This document shows positions 25,811 to 37,467 of a stretch of DNA of 64,000 bases, piece by piece. This DNA is from Octopus vulgaris (lineage: Eukaryota). Each line of letters begins with the position of its first letter. Positions within the stretch are counted from its first letter, which is position 1. Both the position numbers and the translations under genes were made by a program. The stretch covers positions 171,864,001 through 171,928,000 of the forward strand of contig OX597816.1 in assembly GCA_951406725.2 (NCBI GenBank). The letters are read 5' to 3'. The notes under the pieces are model-generated. The model did no database searches, was not told where the DNA came from, and saw only the letters and a list, made by a program, of their open reading frames with translations.

Positions 25811-26385
25811 GCAATTGCAGCGTGGAAGGTGTTTGTAAGCCATTTAAGAAACATACAAAAGCCGTTCGATTCACTTCAACATTTAAGTTTAAATTTGTCA
25901 AAATATTTTCGTCGCTATAAGACCATAACCTGTTCACTGACAAAAATCCGTGCTGCTTAAATGTTGAAGTGAATCGAACGGCTTTTGTGTGTTTCTTAAA
26001 TGGCTTACAAACACCTTCCACGCTGCAATTGTTTTCGTTTCAGCACACGATCTCAGATCAAATCACTTGCTATGCAAGTACATCACCGTAATATTTTATA
26101 ATAGCTGCAATTAAAACACAAGGCATTATGAATTTTTTTATATTTCCTGTCGAGATAAATAATATTAATAAAGCATCATTAATAAAGCATCATTAATAAA
26201 GCATGGAAGGTGTTTGTAAGCCATTTAAGAAACACACAAAAGCCGTTCGATTCACTTCAACATTTAAGTTTAGTTTGTCAAAATATTTTCATCGCTATAA
26301 AACCGCGACCTGTTCACTGACAAAAATCCGTGCTGCACACAATCTCAGATCAAATCACTTGCTATGCAAGTACATCTCCGTAAAA
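25811..26385. mobile_element. Fold-back and tandem pLTR-like element with two G3-C8 hammerhead motifs (minus 25894-25944 and 26274-26324)
   Basis: ~75-bp inverted arms around the first motif and a direct second copy. Consensus UUUGUCA-GUGAACA-g-GUCGC..GCGA(C/U)-GAAA-AUAU-UU-UGACAAA. Confidence 0.7.
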
Positions 26386-26521
26386 TAAATTAAGCTTATT
26401 GCATAAAATAGACTCTTCCCAGATTGGTATCTAAACCAAATAAAACACATTCAGCTTGAAATAAAGGTAATGTGATGCATTGTGATATAATGCATCACAT
26501 TATGTTATGATATATCCACTA

Positions 26522-27156
26522 TGGTGATCAGCAGTGATGAAATAGAGGAGGTGAGAGAATATGTCTACCTGGGACAGGAAGTAAATATGTGCCGGGATAT
26601 CAAAAAGGAGATCTCACGGAGAGCAAGGGCCGGATGGAAGGCATTCAATGGCATAAGGGATGTGCTCAAGGGAAGGTTGGACAGGACCACCCGCGCCAAC
26701 CTCATCAACAGTACAGTTCTGCCTGCAATGTTATATGGTAGTGAAACATGGGCTACCACAAAGAGAGAAGAGCAAAGACTGGTAACGGCTCAAAGAGCCA
26801 TGGAAAGGTCAATGCTTGGTATCTCGTTGAGAGAGCACATAAGTAGCAAGATCATCAGAAAGAAGTCCGGCGTGAGAGATTTCATCGCAGAGTATACTCG
26901 CAGCAAGTATAGATGGGCTGGACACGTCGCCTGGCTCACCGATAATCGGTGGATGCACACAGTTGTCAAGTGGTACCCACGTGAGCAGAAAAGACCACCC
27001 AGAAGACCTCCACTACAGTGGAGTTACGATTTCAGGAGGACGATTGGGATCACATGGATGAGAAAGGCGCGATCCAGAGAGGAGTGGACAGCGTGCTGTG
27101 ACCAGCGGTGTCAAATGGACGCCTGACGGACTGGTCGGTCAAAGTGAAGTGAAGTG
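26522..27156 (+). mobile_element. 5'-truncated RTE (BovB-like) LINE with TSD
   Basis: Open ORF EYVYLGQ...LPAMLYGSETW...RWAGHV...RPPRRP and (AAGTG)n tail. TSD ATATCCACTA at 26512-26521 and 27157-27166. Confidence 0.92.
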
Positions 27157-27399
27157 ATATCCACTACAGGTCCTGGTGCCTCAATGTGATGCAGCAGTGC
27201 TCTTGGCTGTTTGGTGGCTATGATGTTTGGTTATACATAGCTATACCTTGGAGGTCCAACCTAGCCATAAAGACACTGAACTAACAAACATGCTGATGGA
27301 CTGCCTTCATTAAAGTGAAAGTAAAGTTTATTCAGTGGAGGTTGAAGGTTAGCTAAACTGAAGAGGTGAGTGGCCTACCTGTCTAGCCATCAGGGTGGC

Positions 27400-27945
27400 A
27401 TAATTTAATGCCTAAAACATTAGGAAAAGGGGCCTCAGTCCCTATGTGCCAATTAGACTGCCCCATAGTGACAGGATGCAATACAAGTGGCAAGAAGAGG
27501 TTGCTAAGAATCTCAGGTACCCAGAAGCTGTTATGGAAAAGGACTAACCTTACCATATGCACCTACAGTTGTAGGTCTTTGGCGAAGGGGAAGAACTGAA
27601 CCATCTGATAGAGGAGAAGAGTAAGATCAAGTGCAATTTATTGGAATGTTGCAAAATATGTCAGAAAAATGAGTTGAATGCAAAATGGAAGGATAGAAGC
27701 ATCATGAGACAGGGGCATGAAGAAGGTCACCCATATATATCTCGGTCAAGAAGAGAGATATCTTTCTGAAGCCCTTCACAGCATGTCTCAAAATGGTCAT
27801 CAGAGACCTCAACTGGGTTGGCAGTGCGCAGATCAATGGTGAGCTGCTCACTAACCTCCGGTTCACTGATGGCATTATGCTCATTGCAGAAAGTACTGGG
27901 CAGTTACAGACCATGGTGGTGAACCTGAGGATCAATCAAGCGAAA
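27400..27945 (+). mobile_element. Decayed, internally deleted RTE LINE (EN start + RT core)
   Basis: LTICTYSCRSL (APE start) and INGELLTNLRFTDGIMLIAES (LRFADD-like). Confidence 0.75.
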
Positions 27946-28029
27946 AAAATATATATGGGGTCTGAAGATGTGATGTACTTGAAATTCTGAAGCATGTATT
28001 CTTGCTTGTGTATGCAGGGGGAGGAGGTT

Positions 28030-28370
28030 TCCAACCTAATATTTTAAGCATTCACTGTTGAAGTTATGATATTTAGTCTTTTAGCAATGCAGGGCTCACA
28101 TTTGCTGCCCTGTACCCTGTATTTGCTGGCCTTAGCTACAATGCTCCAGTTTATATAGGGATTGCCCATGCTCCTCTCTTTAAGTGACCATACCATACTG
28201 GATAAAGATGTTGAATGTCTTTTGCTTTTATCTCTAAATAAAGCCAAATATTGCATATATCTCTTTTTGAAGGTGTTTCCTGCCATTCCAATGTAAGTTC
28301 TTGTTGTTTTGTTGAACAAGCCCATAGACAAAGTTTGGCATCAAAATCTGTGCAACTCCACAATTATGTG
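28030..28370 (-). mobile_element. Penelope/Naiad GIY-YIG endonuclease fragment
   Basis: YIGMAGNTFKKRY...STSLSSMVWSLK...INWSIV..A..Y....KCEPC. Confidence 0.8.
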
Positions 28371-28462
28371 CACATAATCAAACATGAATAAAATTGCATA
28401 ATACAGGTGTGTATGTGTGCATTCTTGTGCCTGTGTATAAATATATATATATATATATATAT

Positions 28463-28757
28463 GGAGACGCAATGGCCTAGTGGTTAGGGCAGCGGACTTG
28501 CGGTCGCAGGATCGCGGTTTCGATTCCCACACCGGGCGTTGTGAGTGTTTATTGAGCGAAAACACCTAAAAGCTCCACGAGGCTCCGGCAGGGGTGGTGA
28601 TCCCTGCTGTACTCTTTCACCACTCTTTCCCCACTCTTTCTTCTGTTGGCCTGCTCGCTTAGCCAGCGGGGTGGCGTCATTCGAAGGCTAAAACAATGCA
28701 AACGCGTTGTGACCAGCGATGTGTAGCAACATCTGATGGTCTGGTCGGTCACGTGAT

Positions 28758-28764
<7 letters not shown>
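28463..28764 (+). mobile_element. tRNA-derived SINE (family C head, RTE-derived tail 2)
   Basis: Same head and body as 14263-14653. The 3' end resembles the RTE tail at ~27095-27156. Confidence 0.88.
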
Positions 28765-28801
<37 letters not shown>

Positions 28802-30533
28802 GTATACATCATTGAGGAACATGGTATTTGTTGTCTGGTGTTGGAGATGTGTTTCCTAGTAATTTTGGACTGGTAATTAAAAAAATTAAATGCTCATGCA
28901 TATCCATACAAAATATGTGCACACACATACACACACACACATGCATAGGTGCAAGCACACACACACACACACCTGTGTTATGCATTTTTATTCATGTTTC
29001 AAAATTTCCGGTATTGTCACCATTTCTGAGGATAGATTTGGCTTACTCAAATGCAGACCCACATAGGGAGCCTGACATAACATAGTTTCTCAACAACATT
29101 AAAGTGAATGCAACTCCAAAAGTGAAAGCAAAAGTCATGATTTGAGTTACTTCAAAAGCATCAAACTTGGGCAACTTTCCCTATTTTCAATCCAACCATG
29201 ACTGTCATGACGATGACAGAAATGTCCTTTATACAACCAGATGTTAATAAATACATTTCTGTGGTCCTTGACATAACACAAGTATGATATTTGCAGAATT
29301 TGTTTGCAAATATGCCCATTCTGTGCTTGATTTAGTGAGACTATCATTGCAATCCAGGTGAGACAAGGGTTGTTGAACCTTTAACTATTTTACTATGAAA
29401 ATTAGTATTTTAAATGCACCCTTAATGTTTTCTTTGAGAGGTCACATGGATCAAAGTCACTTTTTGCCAAGCATAGTCAAAGAACTGTAAGAAGAACTTC
29501 GTGGTTTGTATGCTCTTTATGAAAGTTTGCCATCACAAATCTGCATTTGCTTATCTTATAATTGCTGACAATTCTGAAAATACTTTTCACAGGTGACAAC
29601 TGGCTTGAATATGTGTTTTGTATATCAGAAATACAACCAATTGTGAGAGAAGAAAATGCAAAAACAGCCCTGATGTATTCTGTTATGTCTGTGGATATTA
29701 AACTTTACCTAGGGTTTCTTGGTTAAAATAAAGTTTACTTTGTCATTAGGAAGCCTATGTTGAATACAGAGGATTCAAGGGCCCTCTAAGGACAAAATAA
29801 ACTTCATTTAATCAAGATACCCGTGGCCTGAAGAATAGCCTGTGGTGTGCACCTCGCTTGAATATTTATCACTTCCGAGGTTCCACTTGCTATGAAACAT
29901 ATGTAGCTCAAATTTTATCTACTCCATTCTGTAACTCTTGGACTTTTATTCACATACTTGGCAACACTGGCTGCCAACTATGAAATATAAAATAAATTTT
30001 TCAGCTGATCATACTACGATATGGAAAAAACTCTCAACCTACTATACCAAAAAATCATTATTGTTCCTGAAAGCCTTGTGAGTGGATTTGATAGATGGAA
30101 ACTGAAAGAAGCCCATTGTATATATATATATATATCATCATCATCAGGCCCAATCTCATCTGGCAATGTTTCTATGGCTGGATGCCCTTCCTAACGCCAA
30201 CCACTCCGTGAGTGTAGTGGGTGCTTTTTACGTGTCACCGGCACAGGTGCCAGATGAGGCTGGCAAACGGTCACGATTGGATACATTTGTGTGTGTCTTT
30301 GTGTCTATGTTTATCTCCCCCCCCACCATTGCTGGACAACTGATGTTGGTGTGTTTATGTTCCCGTAACTTAGTGGTTCAGCAAAAGAGACCAACAGCAT
30401 AAGTATTAGGCTTACAAAGAATAAGTCCAAGGGTTGATTTCTTCAACTAAAAAAATCCTGCAAGATAGTGCTCCAGCATGACCGCAAATGATGGAAATAA
30501 GTAAAAGAATATATATATATATATATATATATA

Positions 30534-30911
30534 CTAGCAGTATTGCCCGGCGTTGCTCGGGTTTGTAAGGGAAATAACTATAAAGCATTTTTAGAGAGTT
30601 AGAGCCAAAAAATAGCAAAAAAATGATGGTAATTTTTTTTTTTTTTTTTAAAAGGTGGAGTTGCGTCCCCTAGACAGTTTGTGGTTTGTGTTTATGATTC
30701 TCGACCCCATGTCGAATTTATCAATTTTGTTCAGAACTGGGGGAACTTTTCAAAATTTTCGCTGCGTTAGTTTTGAATTATGACATTGGGCTATGTGCGT
30801 GTCAAGTTTCATCAGAATCGGTTGAAAGCCGTGGTCAGGGTGAGGGTACAAGCAAACAGACACACAGAAACACGCACAGACAAACTGCCGTTTATATAGA
30901 GAGAGAAGAGA
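30534..30911 (-). mobile_element. Non-autonomous Helitron (H1 3' end, different 5' part)
   Basis: CTAG plus hairpin end as in H1; the 5' half is a different sequence. Confidence 0.75.
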
Positions 30912-31745
30912 TATATCATAGACGAGAATCAAATATTCTCTGTATGGAATACACTTGGTAGTGCTCAAGAGGTTTAAACTTGAGCAGGTAGTGATGCAAA
31001 TGTAAGGATAAGCAAGTTAGGTAAGTCAATACATTCAATATAGTTAGTATTTAATACACTTCGTTTACTGACCTGCCTTACTTATTCTTACATTTACTTC
31101 TCTCTCTCCCTCTCTATGTATATATATATATAATTAGGGTTCAGCAAAAAAATTTGCTTTACCACACACCGAACTTTTAGAAATAGCAGCCAAAGAATTT
31201 AGCTATTTCCTCTACTATAAGAAGTACCAGTGCGTTAGGAAGGGCATCCAGCCGTAGAAACATTGCCAGATCAGATTGGGCCTGGTACAGCCTTCTGGCT
31301 TCCCAGACCCCAGTTGAACCGTCCAACCCATGTTACCAGTGCCGGTGGCATGTAAGAGAACCTTCCGTTTCATGACCGTTGCCAGCACCGCCCCGACTGG
31401 CCTCGTGCCGATGGCACGTAAAAAGCACCATCCGTTCGTGTCCGTTGCCAGCCTCGCCTGGCCCTCGTGCCGGTGGCACATAAAAAGCACCATCCGTTCG
31501 TGGCCGTTTTCCAGCTCTGTCTGACACCTGTGCGGGTGGCACGTAAAAAGCACCCACTACACTCATGGAGTGGTTGGCGTTAGGAAGGGCATCCAGCCGT
31601 AGAAACACTGCCAGATTTGACTGGGCCTGATGAAGCCTGGCTTCACAGACCCCAGTAGAACCGTCCAACCCATGCTAGCATGGAAAACGGACGCTAAATG
31701 ATGATGATGATGATGATGATGATAAGAAGTCTCCCAGACAATGCG

Positions 31746-31777
<32 letters not shown>

Positions 31778-31874
31778 ACGGGAAGCTTTATGAAAATAAA
31801 CAAAAGACGAAGGCAGGTGGAGTACAAACAAACAATTGTATTAGTATGGTGCTTAGGAATATAAATAAAACAAG

Positions 31875-31912
31875 TCTTTTACATTTCGAGCCTACGCTCT
31901 TCAACAGAAAGA
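31875..31912 (-). ncRNA. Hammerhead-like motif with non-canonical CUGUNGA core (second copy 38098-38133)
   Basis: UCUUU-CUGUUGA-a-GAGC-guag-GCUC-GAAAU-GUA-AAAGA. Copy 2: CUUU-CUGUGGA-a-GAGC-auag-GCUC-GAAAC-GUU-AAAG. Confidence 0.55.
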
Positions 31913-32809
31913 TACACAGAAAAGAAAGAAGGAGAGAAACAAGGAGAGAAAAAAATGCGTGCAGAAGCTAGTGATTCAACATGGCGATATATATATATAT
32001 ATATATATATATAATGGTTGTATACTGTCAATTTAACGTGACAGTAGGGGATTACACCACCGCTGTTTAGCCCTAGGAAGCATCGAATGCTTCCTGTCGG
32101 CTTCGACACACTTACTGTGTCCTTATATATTTACGAAGGGATATATATATATATATATATAAAAATGGGTAAGCATGATGAAAATGAACAGTTCACTTGA
32201 TAGCTTTTAAACAAGCCATGTCCATCTGTTTTATGTCAAACTGGCCAGGTCTGGCCTCTCATACCAACCCTTTACAATATCATTCCAAAAATTAACAGTC
32301 ACCTCATTAAAATCTACAAGATAATGCATAATTAATTCAAAATGGTGTGAATGAAAAAAAGCATTACTTTTGACAATAACGTGACTGCTAAAGGGTTAAG
32401 AAAAGTGTTGAATAAGGCTCTATGCATGTTCCCATTCTTTTTTCTCTAGGGCCTTAGCGACATTGCAAACAATCTCTTGTTATGCTAATAATAGAATCAA
32501 ATCGAGAATTACCAAATAAATTTGAAACATCTGAGGATGGACACAACTCAGACTAACTTGTAGCTAGCAACATAGATCCTCATAAAAACATACACAGGCA
32601 GTACTAAAGCATCATAGAAGTGTTTAGGAGTTTGTGTTAGAAGACAATATGGAAGAATTTTATAATGAGCAAGCACTCATAAGCAATATATACAGACCAA
32701 TAAATTAATGAGACCAAGAGTCTACTGGTATTGAATAACCACCACAACAGGCTAAATAAATATATCAGTTCCTACATTTGAATTTATCATAAAATAATAA
32801 TATTTATAG

Positions 32810-33162
32810 GATGGTTGTATACTGTCAATCTAACATGAACGTGACACTAGTGGGGGTACACCACCGCTGTATAGCCCTAGGAAGCATCGACGCCTCCTGA
32901 TGGCTTTGACACATTTTTCCCTGTGTCCTTATATACATTTACAAAGGGGAGACAAATACCCCCAGCCACCCGGGCTGCATTTAGGGACACGTGTTTCAGG
33001 ATAATTGTCCTTCGTCGGCCTAGACTCCCCTTCGTAAATGAATATAAGGACACAGGAAAAATGTGTCAACGCCATCAGGAGGCGTTGATGCTTCCTAGGG
33101 CTAAACAGCGGTGGTGTACCCCCTACTGTCACGTTCGTGTTAGACTGACAGTATACAACCAT
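32810..33162. mobile_element. Fold-back pLTR-like element (~140-bp inverted arms; single arm also at ~32012-32140)
   Basis: ATGGTTGTATACTGTC...GACAGTATACAACCAT arms around a spacer that contains a hammerhead. Confidence 0.8.
32982..33022 (-). ncRNA. Minimal type-I hammerhead ribozyme (U4C core)
   Basis: UAGG-CCGACGA-AGGA-caauua-UCCU-GAAAC-ACGU-GUC-CCUA. Confidence 0.8.
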
Positions 33163-33367
33163 TCTATCACCCCACCATCGTACATGTCTCTACGAGAGAT
33201 TTAGAAATTTAGTATTTCTAATAATATTTATGAAAATCCAAATTTATATTTTTTGATTGAAAAGTTGAAAAAACTGAAAAGTAAATATATTTATGCATTT
33301 AGTCATTTATAAGGCATAAATGTATTAATTCTTCATGTGTTTATTTAGAATGTTTTTACATCTTCAC

Positions 33368-33457
33368 CTTCTGTCCTTCTTCACAAGAAACTTCTCTCCA
33401 CTGACAGCGATCACTTTTATTTCCCAAAAGTAAAAGTTCTGTGTCTTCATTTGCAAA
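33368..33457 (-). CDS. RAB15: Rab15-like exon (FANEDTELLLLGNKSDRCQWREVSCEEGQK; G4 NKxD)
   Basis: 90 bp, ttttccag acceptor, gtgaag donor, GNKSD motif. Confidence 0.95.
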
Positions 33458-33528
33458 CTGGAAAAAACCAAAAGTGGAAAACAAACATTTTTGAAATAAA
33501 GATATTGATGGGACAAAAATTCTACTTA

Positions 33529-33915
33529 TCTTTATATATAAAAGTGAGGTTGTGTGCTGTCTGTCTCCTACGATTTAGATTCCTAACTACTCCCACATTT
33601 TGCGGTGCAGTCTAACCAAAAGTCGTGATTCATATCGAGCCCTTCTGGGTATTAGTGCGTGTCTACAATGAGTCTACGATTTTAAAAAAAATTTACCATC
33701 ATTTTTTTCCATTTTAATGCATTTTTTCGCTATTATATAAGGGAAGTAACTCTCTAAAAATGTCTACGATGAGTCAACGATTTAAAAAAAAATTTACCAT
33801 CATTTTTTTTCCATTTTTAATGCATTTTTTTGCTATTTTTTGGCTATAACTCTCTAAAAATGCTTATATAGTTATTTCCCTTACAAATCCGAGCAACGCC
33901 GGGCGATACTGCTAG
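33529..33915 (+). mobile_element. Non-autonomous Helitron H1
   Basis: A|TC...hairpin...CTAG|T. Confidence 0.9.
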
Positions 33916-34232
33916 TAGTTTAATGAAAATGAAAAATGACTTGGGATCTTTTGTGTTTGGCTGCCACTTTTGTATGCTAGTCATTGATATACCATTTGAT
34001 GCGAAATCGTGTATTATCTCGAATTATAGCAAATTTCACATCAGGAATCTAGCAAAACAAATACATAAACGTTAAAAAAACAAAAATTTGTTTGGAAGGG
34101 AGAATATTATCGACTAAAGGGAGGCAACTTTTAAAATGCCTGCCCACATCCAAGAGTCTAGCTCATTATTTTTTATCTATTTAATCTATATCACCTTTTT
34201 TGTTGGTAAAAGGTAGCTAATAATAAAGTTTG

Positions 34233-34546
34233 GGTACTACTAGCGAACAGTGGTCCCGGTGTGCGCACACGCGCAGTCGCGCATCCGCGTCGGCTAGTCA
34301 TGACTAGTCGATCCTTCCTTTGTGTTTTTGTGTTACTCTTTTGCTTGTTTCAGTCATTTGACTGCGGCCATGCTGGAGCACCACCTTTAGTCGAGCAAAT
34401 CGACGACCCCGGGACTTATTCTTTTGTAAGCCCAGTACTTATTCTATCGGTCTCTTTTGTCGAACCGCTAAGTGACGGGGACATAAACACACCAGCATCG
34501 GTTGTCAAGCAATGCCAGAGGGACAAACACAGACACACAAACATAT

Positions 34547-34579
<33 letters not shown>

Positions 34580-34841
34580 CGACAGGCTTCTTTCAGTTTC
34601 CGTCTACCAAATCCACTCACAAGGCATTGGTACTTTGTTAAAAAAATTATTGACTTTGTGTTTTTGTGTTTTATATACTTTGTTTAACAAAAATTATTTA
34701 CTTTTTGTAAAAAAATTATTCATTTTGTGTTTTATTTACTTTGCTAGGTAGTCGTTACAGGATCGACTACTTACGACTAGCTAGCTCGGATGCGTGACTG
34801 TGCGTGTGCGCGCACCGGGACCACTGTTCGCTAGTAGTACC
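34233..34841. mobile_element. Merlin/Mutator-like MITE with ~80-bp GC-rich TIRs, containing a nested SINE A fragment (34335-34630, minus)
   Basis: GGTACTACTAGCGAACAGTGGTCCCGGTG TIRs and perfect 9-bp TSD TAAAGTTTG. Confidence 0.9.
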
Positions 34842-35168
34842 TAAAGTTTGTACATGGCCACCTAACTAGCTAGAAATACCTACCATTTAAAAATGTACTA
34901 CACATAAGATAACGGAGTCGACGACTAGAATCAGTCGGCAGTCCTATAGAAGACGGTGTTACTGATGTTTTTAGCCCCAGGAAGACATTCATATCTATCG
35001 ATCTCTTTATACACATATCGATATGTTTATTGAATATTTTGAAAACGTAGTTTTTTGCATATTCGGAATCTCCGTCGTGTAAAACATGGGGGAAAAAAAT
35101 TTAGAAAAAGTTCAAAATTTTAAGGAGAGGGGAGGTATGGCCGGGGAGGTGCTGGGTTATAAAAGTTT

Positions 35169-35582
35169 GGATCTTTTCGGTTTGAACGGCAGTTTTTAAC
35201 ATAATTTCTAGGTAACTAAAAAATTTTAAACTTCGTATACTGGTAGAATGTGTTTATAAAACATCTTTTTCTCTTGGCTTTATTGAGAAAATTCTATAGT
35301 TTGTAAGATATTTGTTGTTTTTTTCTTCAATGTCTGCAATTTCTACCAATCACTGACGTCTATTGGGGTGAAAACATTCTGTGCTGTATGAATATGTCCC
35401 TCGTTTAAGAAACAAATTGGGTTTATTTATATTTCTGAAGAAAAAAGGATACCCTTCCCCCACCCCTAACCCTAGCCCTAAAATAGATTGAAATGCAATA
35501 GATCGATTCTAGGGTAATAATTATGGGTGACAATTTCATATGACACCGCTAGAAAAAACTGCCGTTCAAACCGAAAAGATCC
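35169..35582. mobile_element. GGATC-TIR MITE copy
   Basis: Same family as 3845-4293, opposite orientation. Confidence 0.9.
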
Positions 35583-35799
35583 TAAATATTTAATAATTTT
35601 GCATATTTGTAATCTCCGACATCTATTATATGTAGGGATCCGAAAAAATTTTTTCAGGAAAATGCATTTTTCAAGGAGACGTGTGAAACTGCATTAGTCC
35701 TTCAAAATCAGCTAACTTAGGATCGCAACAACAACAACAAAATACAAATATACCTCACTTTAAGTCGTTAATTAGTTCCAGGAGAACTTAGTTCCTAAG

Positions 35800-36130
35800 T
35801 CAAATTGCCTTGAACTCTACATCTTTCTCATCTGGATATTTTTTCTTCACAGCCTCAAACAAAGACAACGCTTTCTCCTGTCAAAGATTTTGCCTCTTTT
35901 CTTGTTGATGGCAGTCTTCTTCGTCCCTGGGGATTCAGATGTGATATGTGTTAAAACCTTGTGCCTATTATGCATAATCGTCGATACAGTTGTCCGACTC
36001 ATCCCAAAAGATTGTGCAATCATTACTTTTTCATCTTTATCCATGATGTTTTATCATTGCCAACTTATCCTCCAGCGTTATAGCATGACGCTTAGCACTT
36101 TCAGCAGGACTTTTCTTAAGAGGCATGCGG
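35800..36130 (-). mobile_element. Tigger/pogo transposase N-terminal HTH fragment
   Basis: AKRHAITLEDKL...IAQSFGMSRTTVSTIMHNR, a CENP-B/psq-type HTH. Confidence 0.7.
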
Positions 36131-36149
36131 GAAAAAATTAAAGCTACAA

Positions 36150-36549
36150 GGGATCTTTTTGGTTTGAACGGCAGTTTTTAACATAATTTCTAGGTAACTA
36201 AAAAATGTTAAACTTCGTATACTGGTAGAATGTGTTTAGAAAACATCTTTTTCTCTTGGCTTTATTGAGAAAATTCTATAGTTTGTAAGATATTTGTTGT
36301 TTTTTCTTCTTCAATATCTGCAATTTCAACCAATCAATGACATCTATTGAGTTAAAAAGCATTCTGTGCCGTATGAATATGTCCCTCGTTTAAGAAACAG
36401 ATTGGGTTTATTTACATTTGTGAAGAAAAAAAGATACCCTTCCCCCCACCCCTAACCCTAACCTTAACCCTAACCCTAAAACAGATTGAAATGCAATAGA
36501 TCGATTCTAGGGTCATAATTATGACCCTAGAATCAAACCAAAAAGATCC
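36150..36549. mobile_element. GGATC-TIR MITE copy with rearranged right end
   Basis: TSD GCTACAAG/GCTACAAA, (CCCTAA)n tract and an internal perfect palindrome. Confidence 0.85.
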
Positions 36550-37389
36550 GCTACAAATGAATGTAAATGAAAGAATGTAAACGATAAACAGATGCAAACA
36601 AATCTGAATTCAAAAGAATCGCGGGAATCACGGCGACACCTAACAGTAGATATTGGAACTACCAGTGCAATATGAGCTCCAAAAGACAGATAAGACAACA
36701 GCTGATTTCATGCTTTAGTGAACTTGTCTACACAAGTTCTTTAGCTATGTATTTTAGCATTTACTGTATTTTTATATGATTTTATATGATTTTATTATTA
36801 TTTATTGTAACATGATTTTATGTGCTATTAATGTTTTTTAGTGTTTTTATGATTCCAAAATTATTGGCGAACTGACGCAAAGTCGAGTAAAACAACATAA
36901 CTTGATCTTTTTCTTTTTTTTTTTTCCATATATTAGTTTTGAAAACCGACGTATCTTTGAGAACGATTGAATCCGAGGTATCTCTGCACAACGTTCAACC
37001 TTAAGAAACTAAATTCACTTCGTCAAAATACTATGAATTCTGGCATTCTTTCGATATAACTCGACAAAATCAAAACGTTTCACTTTGGGTATTTCCGTGG
37101 AAGCAAATGACAGTTTGATTCTGTTTTCTGCTTGGGAATTTGCGGATTTTACATACACACCTGAAACAGGTAAGAACAAATATGCAAGGCTTTTTTTCTT
37201 CGAGTTTAAAATGAGACATTGCTGGCATAATTTCGTTATATCTATACTCCACAACTTCAATTACAAATATTTTTAAACATTACAAATTGAAAGTAAATTT
37301 TTTTTTTTAATTTTTATAAAACCATTCTTAATTTTTTGAACTAAATAGAAACTGAAATTGCTCAAATTTGTAAGAAATCTTGTACATAC

Positions 37390-37467
37390 CTCATCAACAT
37401 AAGTTAACCATTTCGAGAGATTTTCAAAGGATGTCCGACTGCATAGATCATATACTAAAAGAACTCC
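37390..37467 (-). CDS. RAB15: Rab15-like exon (GVLLVYDLCSRTSFENLSKWLTYVDE)
   Basis: 78 bp, ttgacag acceptor, gtatgt donor, RabF5-like LVYD motif. Confidence 0.95.

Noticed and set aside
26522-27945. Circularly permuted single RTE element
   Set aside because: The 3' piece has its own 10-bp TSD, so it is an independent insertion beside an older decayed copy.
28463-28535. tRNA gene (also 72-140 and 14580-14653)
   Set aside because: A and B boxes are present, but each continues into a SINE body and tail and the acceptor stem is not intact.
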